Shown one piece after another: positions 56,718 to 64,000 of a stretch of DNA of 64,000 nt. The stretch is from IMG/VR virus record IMGVR_UViG_2927661242_000003. One strand, given 5' to 3'. Origin of the DNA: an uncultured virus (IMG/VR IMGVR_UViG_2927661242_000003). Its lineage: Duplodnaviria > Heunggongvirae > Uroviricota > Caudoviricetes. The stretch's first letter is position 1. Each line of letters opens with the position of its first letter. The position numbers and the translations under genes are program-made. The notes beneath the pieces were generated by a model. It ran no database searches and had not been told where the DNA came from. It saw only the letters and a list, made by a program, of their open reading frames with translations.

Positions 56718-59414
56718 TCATGTTGCTGGCCCCTTTACATGGTCCCAGTTGTCCACGTTCCAGCCCGCCAACCGCGCCTTGGCCCGCCAGTTCTCCACCT
56801 GCTTGCCCAGCTCGGCCGCTTTCATTGATGGGGGTGGGGAAGCATTCGGATCGACAGGAAAGAAGAACGCACCAAACCGCCGGTTGTTGCCATCGGTCCA
56901 GGGGATTGCCCGCGTCTTATCCACCTCGGAACTGATGAACAGCGAGAACTTGGTCTGGCTCATCACATGTTCCTTGTTGCGCTGACACCACTCAAGGAAC
57001 AGCGAATAGAGGTCTGTGGACAGGCACGGCCCCCAAAGGCCGTGCCCCAGCTCGCTGTACTTCCATAGGTGCAGGAAGGTTTGCCAGCCGGCCCGACTCA
57101 AGGCCACCAGGCGCTCCCGGGCCTCAGTTGACGGTGGTCGCGTGCGTTGGTTGAAGTCGCCCAAGTCAATCGACAGAAGCCAGCCATACAGCGCGGCAAC
57201 GCCGCCCTGCTCAAGCTCGCGCCCGATTGCCTTCTGCCGCTCCACCGGCAGGGTTTCCATGGGCCACATGACCAGCATCCGGCGGTCGCTCTCGCTGATC
57301 GGCCAGGGCAAGATCTCGTTGCTCAGGAACACCGCGTTCATGTGGTTGGCTTCTTCCCAGCCGTTGATGAACTTGGATTCCATCCGGACGGTCTTGCCGG
57401 TGATCAGGTGCTTGATCTTGCCCACCTGGTTGTACCGCTGATCACGGCTCACCACCTCTTCAAACACCGCCCACAGCTTGCGGCTCTGCCAAGCGTTGAA
57501 GTTGCTTTCCAGCTGGGTCTGCCCCACGGTCGCTGCGTACTGTCCGTAAAGCATGCCCAGGGCATCGGCGAACAGCAGGCTTTTGCCCGACCCTTCCATG
57601 ATCGAATGCATCAACACGGCGGTGTCCATCTTGGCGCCCAGGTGCTGTAGCGGGTACGCCAACCAGCGTGTCAGCCACTGGGCCGCCGCTTCGTCGTGGT
57701 TGCACAGAAACGAGATCAGCCAACGCAAGTTGGCACAGGCGGCATCATCCCTGACGGGCTCCAGCGGCAGGCCATCAAAGGTGTTGATGTACACCGCCGG
57801 GTCCTTGGTCATGGTCGGGTCGAACACGATGTGCTCAACGTCCACCGTGCGCCGCTCGCTGCTGTTCAGCCACAGTGGATAGGTATCGCCAAGGGCCATC
57901 TTTACCGCGCCCTCGGCTATGCGCCGTTTTTTCTCCCGGTCCCAGACATCCTTGGTCCCGTCGATGTACACATAGCGGTCAGTCGGCGACATGCCGAAGG
58001 CATCACCCTTCTTACCGGCCATGCGCCGCGCCTGCTCGATGTCGCTGACATGATCGGCGGAGATAAGCCGCTTCGCGGTGTTGTCCAGCCACTCCTTGGC
58101 GATAGGCTTGCTCACTCGCGCTTCAAATGCCGACTTCTTCATCGCCCGCGCTTGGTCGCAGTCCCACACATGCGTGGTGCCCTCGATCAGAGCAAACCGC
58201 CGCAGCACTTGATCGACCGTCAACGCCTCCCCCGCGCCCCCCATAGGAGCCGGAGCGGCCTCGCTGGCTGCGATGTCGCCACCCTGGCTCGGCCCGCTCA
58301 TGTCATCAGAAGGGGGCGGGGGAAGGTCCCGGGGATCTGGGCGTGACGAATGCTGCATGCCGAGCATGCGCGCCGCCTCTTTCACCGCCCGAGACTGGTC
58401 GCCGTTGTGTTCCAGCAGGCAATAGACCTCAAACGCATCATTCTGGTGACCGTTGGCAAGCGGATCAGCGCCGTGGTGCGAGTACACTTTATGATCCTTG
58501 ACCGTGATGCCCGGCATGCCGGTACTGCTTTGTGCGTACAGCCACTTGCTGCCGCGCTTGATGTAGCCGTGGGCCCGCAGCAGCTCCTCGACGTCGTGAC
58601 AGCGGTTGAATTCATCAATCACCGAGGGCTTGTCGCCTTTGGGCGCCGGGCGCTTGAGCGCTTTGCCCGGGTCCTTCTTAGGCTTCGGCGCCCACGGGCA
58701 GGCCGCCTCGGCATCCCGCTTGAAGATGTCCCAGTTGTTCCAGATCGAAAGCAGCTCACCCGGCAGCACCGGCAGCCCTTCGGCCGCATTGGGCGCTTTC
58801 CGCCAGAAATAAGGCTTACCCGTGCCGGGATGAATCGACGGGGGCAACACGTCCTGCACCAGGCCGGCGCGCAGCTCCAGCACCGTGAAGCGCTGATACA
58901 GTTGCGCCTCGGCCTTCGCGGCGGCCTCCCCGGCCAAATCTCCGGATGCCTTGGCCGCCCTGGCCTGGGCCGTCAATCGCTTGTAGATCGACCCGTCCGG
59001 GTCATTTTCATTCGGCCACGAAAGCGAATGTCGGGTCAGCCCAACGCCATCCGGTACCTGGAACATCACCCGGAAGCGCGCCGGGTTACCGACCACAGTC
59101 GGAAACACCAGCGCCATTGCATCCAGGTCGATGCCTAACAGGTCGTAAAGTACGTGGCGGGTCCATTGCACATCATCGACATCGAGCGAGCAGGCCCGAC
59201 TTGGGCCCAGGACTACGCCGAGATTGTGCGCAGGATTCTTCTGCCAGAACGCATCGGCTTTGGCAGCGTCTGTGAAGTAGCCGCCGGGCTTGTTCCACCC
59301 CAGGCCCTTGGGGCCTTTCTCTCCGGGCTCGATGGGTACCAGGGACAGACCGAAGTCTTCGATGTAGCGCCGCGCCCACTCGGCGGTGGGCGCTCCATTG
59401 GCCTGATCAATCAT
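56718..59414 (-). CDS. Bifunctional primase-polymerase / SF3 helicase (DUF5906-type)
   Basis: N-terminal Prim-Pol (KGP, NLG, LDVD, LPPSIHP); Walker A EGSGKS and Walker B VFEE. Confidence 0.9.
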   Translation of the reverse strand: MIDQANGAPTAEWARRYIEDFGLSLVPIEPGEKGPKGLGWNKPGGYFTDAAKADAFWQKNPAHNLGVVLGPSRACSLDVDDVQWTRHVLYDLLGIDLDAMALVFPTVVGNPARFRVMFQVPDGVGLTRHSLSWPNENDPDGSIYKRLTAQARAAKASGDLAGEAAAKAEAQLYQRFTVLELRAGLVQDVLPPSIHPGTGKPYFWRKAPNAAEGLPVLPGELLSIWNNWDIFKRDAEAACPWAPKPKKDPGKALKRPAPKGDKPSVIDEFNRCHDVEELLRAHGYIKRGSKWLYAQSSTGMPGITVKDHKVYSHHGADPLANGHQNDAFEVYCLLEHNGDQSRAVKEAARMLGMQHSSRPDPRDLPPPPSDDMSGPSQGGDIAASEAAPAPMGGAGEALTVDQVLRRFALIEGTTHVWDCDQARAMKKSAFEARVSKPIAKEWLDNTAKRLISADHVSDIEQARRMAGKKGDAFGMSPTDRYVYIDGTKDVWDREKKRRIAEGAVKMALGDTYPLWLNSSERRTVDVEHIVFDPTMTKDPAVYINTFDGLPLEPVRDDAACANLRWLISFLCNHDEAAAQWLTRWLAYPLQHLGAKMDTAVLMHSIMEGSGKSLLFADALGMLYGQYAATVGQTQLESNFNAWQSRKLWAVFEEVVSRDQRYNQVGKIKHLITGKTVRMESKFINGWEEANHMNAVFLSNEILPWPISESDRRMLVMWPMETLPVERQKAIGRELEQGGVAALYGWLLSIDLGDFNQRTRPPSTEARERLVALSRAGWQTFLHLWKYSELGHGLWGPCLSTDLYSLFLEWCQRNKEHVMSQTKFSLFISSEVDKTRAIPWTDGNNRRFGAFFFPVDPNASPPPSMKAAELGKQVENWRAKARLAGWNVDNWDHVKGPAT

Positions 59415-59617
59415 CCGTTCCGCTCCCGCCACCCCTGACAAAGAATGCAGGTTTCGCACCCTTCAATCGCCTGCTGGCGGAGCAGCGGAATCGGTTCGCC
59501 GCAGTCCTCGCAGAACTGGGCACTGACCCGGTTCGACGGAAACACTCGATTGCGGTGGATGGCAACGTCCAACAGATACTGTGCCTGATCATTTGCCCGG
59601 TCGATGTCATCAGCCAT
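59411..59617 (-). CDS. TraR/DksA C4 zinc-finger protein (PtrB-like)
   Basis: MADDIDRA...CEDCGEPIP..R...CILCQ. Confidence 0.9.
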   Translation of the reverse strand: MADDIDRANDQAQYLLDVAIHRNRVFPSNRVSAQFCEDCGEPIPLLRQQAIEGCETCILCQGWRERNG

Positions 59618-60098
59618 GGTCGTGCCCTTCCATAGCTGCGCGGGCACCTGCCATGATCCCGAGTACAGCTCGGATCACATCGACGCCATGTTTATCCAGG
59701 GTCGCCACTTCGTGCGGCTCCCAGATGCTGTCAGCTGCCCCGGCGTGCATGCTCGAAACGAACTCACCGGTTTCCGCGAGCAACTTGCCGACGGCCTTAA
59801 GCGCATCACCTGTAGCAGGCACCGGAACTGGCTTGTACCAAACCACCCCTGCCGGACGCATCAGCGCATCGAGCAAAAGCGGGTACTGAGTGAGCCTGAT
59901 GACCTCTTCAAGGTCATCAGGGGTCAGCCAGCGGCGTTCCTCATTGAATTTCAGCTTCTTCTGCAGCTCGTCGTACTCCATGACCATGTCATGGGCCAGC
60001 GAGGTGATTCCGCCGTGATAGTCGCGCCCGGCACGATAAAGTGCCTCACGCAGAGAAAGGACCGGACCCGCGTCCGGCAACAGATCTGTGCGACTCAT
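59610..60098 (-). CDS. Phage regulatory CII-family protein
   Basis: YHGGITSLA...LQKKL...E.GE...AADSIWEPHE pattern; downstream of cro. Confidence 0.75.
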   Translation of the reverse strand: MSRTDLLPDAGPVLSLREALYRAGRDYHGGITSLAHDMVMEYDELQKKLKFNEERRWLTPDDLEEVIRLTQYPLLLDALMRPAGVVWYKPVPVPATGDALKAVGKLLAETGEFVSSMHAGAADSIWEPHEVATLDKHGVDVIRAVLGIMAGARAAMEGHDHG

Positions 60099-60165
60099 AA
60101 CCGTAAATGCCCCTGTTACGGTGTAGCCAGACGTTAGGGCGCGCCCTATCATCCAACCCACGACC

Positions 60166-60414
60166 GGTGTGCTGTGCGAATCGTGCTGTGCAGCACGGCT
60201 CATCGTTCCAGTCGATCCGGGGAATTCTTGTGGTGAGAGGCCCCGGACCGACGCCTATGCGGCGACTTGCATGTACCTCGTGTAAGTCGCTGCAGCCGGC
60301 CTGGTGTTTCTTTGGTGAGAGGTTCCAGGCCGGTGTTTCAAGTGGCGGCATGTATGTGCTGGTGCTGCCACCGCTGGACCGGGGGATTCTTGTGGTGAGA
60401 GGCCCCGGACCAGC
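60166..60414 (+). ncRNA. Putative structured RNA array: three TGGTGAGAGG hairpins alternating with variable hairpins
   Basis: Motif at 60231, 60313 and 60393 (80-82 nt period); stems need G-U pairs that work only on the + strand. Confidence 0.55.
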
Positions 60415-60419
60415 ACCCT

Positions 60420-60650
60420 TTATGCCGCAGCCCTTGAGCCGCGCAAGTACGCCCAATCAATATCCGGGCGAAGCTCCTCACAGGTGACTGCGCCCTGTGT
60501 CTCTCGCTCTATGTTCACAGCAAGACCACCATTTGCTCGCCGATTGCGATAGGCGACCTGCTTAAGCTGACCCGCCGTGGTCTGGCAACGACTGGCCAAG
60601 CTATCCAACTCTGCTTTCTCGAGACCTTTTATGTATGAATGCAAGCTCAT
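60420..60650 (-). CDS. Cro/YdaS-like regulator
   Basis: LAVNIERETQGAVTCEELRPDIDWAYL; GGAGGTG RBS; divergent from cI. Confidence 0.88.
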   Translation of the reverse strand: MSLHSYIKGLEKAELDSLASRCQTTAGQLKQVAYRNRRANGGLAVNIERETQGAVTCEELRPDIDWAYLRGSRAAA

Positions 60651-60674
60651 AGGCACCTCCGTTTCGCAAAAGAC

Positions 60675-60740
60675 TAGCAGCCGCTAACGGCATTAACAAT
60701 AGCTGCGCGCAATTTACAAAACGCTAAACGAAATTAAGAT
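60675..60740. promoter_or_regulatory. cro/cI operator-promoter region
   Basis: TAGC-N4-GCTA at 60675-60686; TTTACA/TAAGAT promoter-like boxes before cI. Confidence 0.6.
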
Positions 60741-60746
60741 GCTTGG

Positions 60747-61397
60747 ATGAATATCAGCCAGCTACGAATTGACGCTCTGCGAAAGCTTATTGGCGACCTG
60801 AAAACCAAAGAGTTTGCAGACCGCTATAACCTCGACGCGTCCTACATCTCCCAGCTTTTGAATGGTCATCGCCCATTGGGTGATAAAGCAGCCAAAAATC
60901 TTGAAGAAAAGATTGGCCTGCCTGGTGGAACACTCTTGATGCCCGCGCACTCAGCCCAGGACGGCATGGCGCTTGGCATTGAGCCAGGTCCTAATTTAAC
61001 GACACGTTTCCGGCGGGCGCCCATTCAAGGACAAGCCCAAGTGAAACCGGACGGATCGTGGGATGAGCTGACACCAACGGGTGGCTGGATCGATGTACCT
61101 ACTTCGGACCCAAGTGTTTACTCAGTGCGCATCAAGGGCGATGCGCTGGCACCAGCCATCAGAAATGGTTGGATTGTGTGGTGCGAGCCCCGCCACGTCT
61201 TAGTACCTGGCGAATACGTGCTGGTATCAAAGACTAGCGGCGAGCAAATGATTAAGGAGTTGCTGTATTCGAATGACGAAGAAGTCAGCCTAATGTCAGT
61301 TAACGACACCTATGGGAGGGTCACCATCCCACGAACGGAGATCGAAAAAATCCACTATGTCGGAGGCATCATGCCACCGAGCCAGATTCAAGCCTGA
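60747..61397 (+). CDS. CI-like repressor (HTH + S24 domain)
   Basis: ASYISQLLNGHRPLGDKAAKNLE HTH; S24-like C-terminal domain (IKGDAL, IKEL). Confidence 0.88.
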   Translation: MNISQLRIDALRKLIGDLKTKEFADRYNLDASYISQLLNGHRPLGDKAAKNLEEKIGLPGGTLLMPAHSAQDGMALGIEPGPNLTTRFRRAPIQGQAQVKPDGSWDELTPTGGWIDVPTSDPSVYSVRIKGDALAPAIRNGWIVWCEPRHVLVPGEYVLVSKTSGEQMIKELLYSNDEEVSLMSVNDTYGRVTIPRTEIEKIHYVGGIMPPSQIQA

Positions 61398-61416
61398 TCA
61401 AAGATCAGCAAACAAG

Positions 61417-61442
61417 AAACCGCTCTCAGAGCGGTTTTTTTT
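61417..61442 (+). terminator. cI terminator
   Basis: AAACCGCTCT/AGAGCGGTTT stem followed by a T8 run. Confidence 0.8.
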
Positions 61443-61461
61443 GCATTACGTAAAAATAATA

Positions 61462-61498
61462 TAGCCACAGCTATTGTTAATTCTGTTAGCCGTTGCTA
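61462..61498. promoter_or_regulatory. Two TAGC-N4-GCTA operators before the rightward early operon
   Basis: 61462-61473 and 61487-61498; same palindrome as 60675-60686. Confidence 0.7.
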
Positions 61499-61535
61499 AC
61501 TTTGCCTCGTACACCTCTCACCAAGAGTACGAGAT

Positions 61536-61721
61536 ATGCAAACCACTACACAGCACAGACTCGCCCGCTGCCCGGTGTACCTCCACCCAGCAGCCTGCAC
61601 CAGCCCCGAAGCCATCGACAAGATCCAGCGCCAGACCGGCCTGCTGGTGATCGCCACAACCCGCCGCACTGCCGCCGCCAAACCGGTAGACCTCGGCCCG
61701 TTCGGGGGTGACGCAGCATGA
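61536..61721 (+). CDS. Small early protein (61 aa)
   Basis: VYLHPAAC...IQRQTGL motif; ends with DAA and overlaps the next ATG. Confidence 0.65.
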   Translation: MQTTTQHRLARCPVYLHPAACTSPEAIDKIQRQTGLLVIATTRRTAAAKPVDLGPFGGDAA

Positions 61722-62293
61722 AACCATTGCTGATCGGCCTTGCCGGCCCGGCTCGCTCGGGTAAATCCACTACCGCTGACCACCTGGTGCGCAACCACCT
61801 GCTGGAGCACTACGCCTTCGCCAACCCGCTGCGCTCCGGGCTCATGGAGATCTTCAACCTCGACCCGGACGACTTCGAAGGCGAGCGCAAAGAGCAGCCC
61901 CTGGACTGGCTTGGCCGGTCCCCGCGTGAACTGATGCAGTCGATGGGCACCGAGTGGGCCCGCCAGCTGGTGCACCCGGACGTCTGGGTAAAGATCGCTG
62001 AGCAGAACCTCAACTACCTACAAAACTCGCTGTCGAGCGTGGTCGGCTTCGTCGTCAGCGACGTCCGCTTCGAGAACGAAGCCGAATTCATCCGCCAGCG
62101 AGGCGGCACGATCCTCCACATAAGCCGCCCCGATGCTCCTGCAGTGAACCCACACGCCAGCGAGGCAGGCATCCACGTCAAGCAGCCAGACCTGATCGTT
62201 CGCAATACCAGCGATCGAGAGCATTTGCGGTGCCTGATCGACGACTGCGTGCGGGTCATCCGGCGCCGCAACCTGGACAAGACCGCAGCCTGA
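61718..62293 (+). CDS. Deoxynucleoside monophosphate kinase
   Basis: IGLAGPARSGKST, FANPL, PRELMQSMGTEW, SDVRFENE and HASE motifs. Confidence 0.92.
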   Translation: MKPLLIGLAGPARSGKSTTADHLVRNHLLEHYAFANPLRSGLMEIFNLDPDDFEGERKEQPLDWLGRSPRELMQSMGTEWARQLVHPDVWVKIAEQNLNYLQNSLSSVVGFVVSDVRFENEAEFIRQRGGTILHISRPDAPAVNPHASEAGIHVKQPDLIVRNTSDREHLRCLIDDCVRVIRRRNLDKTAA

Positions 62294-62303
62294 GGACACG
62301 GCC

Positions 62304-62579
62304 ATGAACCGCACCCTTGACGAAACAGCGGCGCTGCTGGGGCTCAAACCCCGCGCCTTCCGCGCAAAGCTCCGGGAACTGCGTGTGCTGGCAAAGGACG
62401 GGACCCTGGCCAGCCACCACCGCGACCAGGGCCACCTGTACTCCGACCCGCGCTCTGTGCAGATCGGCAAGTCCGGGCAGTACAAGCACTACGCCGTGGT
62501 GATGGTCACCGAAAGCGGCGTGCAGTACTTGGCCAAGAAACTGGGCATCACCATCGCGAACAAGGAAGCCGCAGCATGA
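62304..62579 (+). CDS. Antirepressor KilAC/ANT-domain protein
   Basis: AALLGLKPRAFRAKLRE...VMVTESGVQYLAKKL pattern. Confidence 0.72.
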   Translation: MNRTLDETAALLGLKPRAFRAKLRELRVLAKDGTLASHHRDQGHLYSDPRSVQIGKSGQYKHYAVVMVTESGVQYLAKKLGITIANKEAAA

Positions 62580-62959
62580 AGACCAACTACTTCAACGCCT
62601 ACACCCAAGCCCTCGGCGCCCTGGCCCTGATCCCGATCTACCTGACCAGCCCCGGCACTGTGAGCAAGGCCACCCTGATTGGCACCGCCAACGAGGCCAC
62701 GCTGGCCCTGGCGAGCATGCCCGCCTGTGCGGTCGAGTTGGCGGAGGTTTATCGGTGCGTCAGCAGCGTGATCCAACCCGGCCAGATTGCCTACGTCACC
62801 CCGACCAATGTCCCCGAGACGCCCTTCGGGGCCGTCGTGGCGGATGAGCGCGGCCTGATCTGCGCCGCCGCCCGAGGCGCCAGCAAAGAGGGGCTGGCGG
62901 AACTGATCCGCCTCAAGCTGCAGCCCGCCGAAGTGGGGGCCGGGGAGGCAAGCACATGA
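62576..62959 (+). CDS. Hypothetical early protein
   Basis: Translationally coupled at both ends. Confidence 0.6.
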   Translation: MKTNYFNAYTQALGALALIPIYLTSPGTVSKATLIGTANEATLALASMPACAVELAEVYRCVSSVIQPGQIAYVTPTNVPETPFGAVVADERGLICAAARGASKEGLAELIRLKLQPAEVGAGEAST

Positions 62960-63198
62960 GCGACACCCTCGACCAACTGAGGCGCCAGTTCGCCACGCCC
63001 TGCCCCACCCTGGCAGCGGTGCGGGAGCAGTATTTCGCGCACATCCGCACTGACCGGCATCTGCTCAGCGAAATCAAAAAGGGCCGGGTGAAGCTGATCG
63101 TGACGCGCCTTCACGGGTCTGCACGCGCCAAACCCGTGGTTTATCTGCACAACCTGGCCGCCTACCTCGACGCCCAAGCGGAGAAAGCGGCGGCCTGA
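62956..63198 (+). CDS. PrtN-family (pyocin activator-like) DNA-binding protein
   Basis: TLDQL...L..VREQYFAH...S.RAK..VYLHNLAAYLD pattern. Confidence 0.75.
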   Translation: MSDTLDQLRRQFATPCPTLAAVREQYFAHIRTDRHLLSEIKKGRVKLIVTRLHGSARAKPVVYLHNLAAYLDAQAEKAAA

Positions 63199-63248
63199 CA
63201 ACGGTGGCCCCTGCCGTCCAGGGGCGAACATCCAGTGAGACACAGCAC

Positions 63249-63599
63249 ATGAAACCAACCGACACCGCCGAATTCATCGGCGAACTCAACGCCGGAGTCT
63301 TCGCCAGCCAGATCGGCCACGCGCTTTCAGAAGTCGCAGCAGGCGTGGTCGACCACGGCAAGGTCGGCACCGTGACCATCACCTTCACCTTGAGCCAGAT
63401 CGCATCCAGCCATCAGGTAACCGTCAACCACAAGCTGGCCTACAAGGTGCCAACCAAGCGCGGCAGCCGCAGCGAGGACACCACCCTCGACACGCCGATG
63501 CATGTCAACGAAGGCGGGCGCCTGACCCTGTTCGCCGAGGCCCCAGGCCCTGGGCAGTTGTTCGACCGGAACGACGCACCGATTCACGCCAAGTCCTAA
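63249..63599 (+). CDS. YfdP-like prophage protein
   Basis: FIGELNAGVF...VPTKRG..SEDTT..TPMHV..GG.LT pattern; precedes the YfdQ-like gene. Confidence 0.75.
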   Translation: MKPTDTAEFIGELNAGVFASQIGHALSEVAAGVVDHGKVGTVTITFTLSQIASSHQVTVNHKLAYKVPTKRGSRSEDTTLDTPMHVNEGGRLTLFAEAPGPGQLFDRNDAPIHAKS

Positions 63600-63640
63600 A
63601 CCACCCTGCTCCAAACCTCTCACCACAAGGAACAGATCCA

Positions 63641-64000
63641 ATGGAAGCCAAAGCAATTCAACTGCTCCAAGACACCGCCATCCTGGCCCACGCCAAGCGC
63701 CTGGACACGCACACCCCAACCCTGGTGCTGCCGTCCGACCAGAAGATACACAGCATCGAAAAGTTCCAGCCTCTGCGCAGCCGCTTCCGCGGTGAGCTGG
63801 TCACCCACTCGCTGCACGACTTCGGCAACTACGTGCAACACCACAGCTCCGAAGCTGCAGCCGCCGGTTTCGTTGACGCCGAACAGATGCGCTGCACCGT
63901 GTACTTCAATCTGGGTGACATTACAGCCCCCGGTCACGGCGACTTCACCGCAACGCTGAACCTGCGCAAGACCGCCGGGTTTCAGGCCCTGGAACGCGCC
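63641..64000 (+). CDS. DUF2303/YfdQ-like protein (partial)
   Basis: MEAKAIQ...RSRFRG...SL.DF..Y...FNLG...PGH.D; open to the window end. Confidence 0.78.
   Translation, partial: MEAKAIQLLQDTAILAHAKRLDTHTPTLVLPSDQKIHSIEKFQPLRSRFRGELVTHSLHDFGNYVQHHSSEAAAAGFVDAEQMRCTVYFNLGDITAPGHGDFTATLNLRKTAGFQALERA

Larger units (their letters stand above)
28560..64000. mobile_element. Prophage (myovirus: lambda-like head, P2-like tail), continues beyond the window
   Basis: Head, tail, lysis, replication and immunity modules are all present; the integrase is not in the window. Confidence 0.93.

Noticed and set aside
56386..56985. ORFs over the iteron region (CWVCWV / NPTHPTH repeats)
   Set aside because: Translation artefacts of the decamer repeats
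60166..60414. CRISPR array interpretation of the repeats
   Set aside because: Only three imperfect units, the spacers are themselves hairpins, and no cas genes are in the window
60046..60487. ORFs 60046-60456 (-) and 60107-60487 (+) across the array
   Set aside because: They overlap cro or cII, lack an RBS, and their repeated peptides merely reflect the DNA repeats
63490..63500. ACACGCCGATG matching the mutS junction as a possible second att site
   Set aside because: It lies inside the intact YfdP-like gene (DTPM codons); no mutS sequence or integrase follows

Overview
GC-rich Pseudomonas (fluorescens/protegens-type) chromosomal window made almost entirely of phage-derived DNA. (1) 270-28323, minus strand: a headless R-type tailocin locus with prtR, a holin, a P2-like contractile tail module (ca. 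14033-26629), a secreted GH18 cargo gene, a second Mu-like contractile tail module (ca. 1508-12722), a GH19 endolysin and nested spanins. (2) 28519-28575: the first 13 codons of mutS, apparently interrupted by (3) a large prophage that runs off the right end. The prophage carries umuDC, a decayed SRAP gene, orphans, a convergent RelE/XRE gene pair, lysis genes, a P2-like tail closely related to the adjacent tailocin, a lambda-like head, a primase-helicase with iterons, cII/cro/cI and a rightward early operon. The most unusual signals are: an ~81-nt-period array of structured hairpins between cro and cII whose conserved motif is complementary to translation-initiation regions of the early operon; the mutS insertion next to a LexA-controlled error-prone polymerase; a T-even gp38-like adhesin in a tailocin; a tail-to-tail toxin/antitoxin-like pair with shared upstream boxes; and a conserved prfB-type CTT-TGA-C +1 frameshift candidate in the tail chaperones. 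All family calls come from sequence recognition and synteny; no searches were run.
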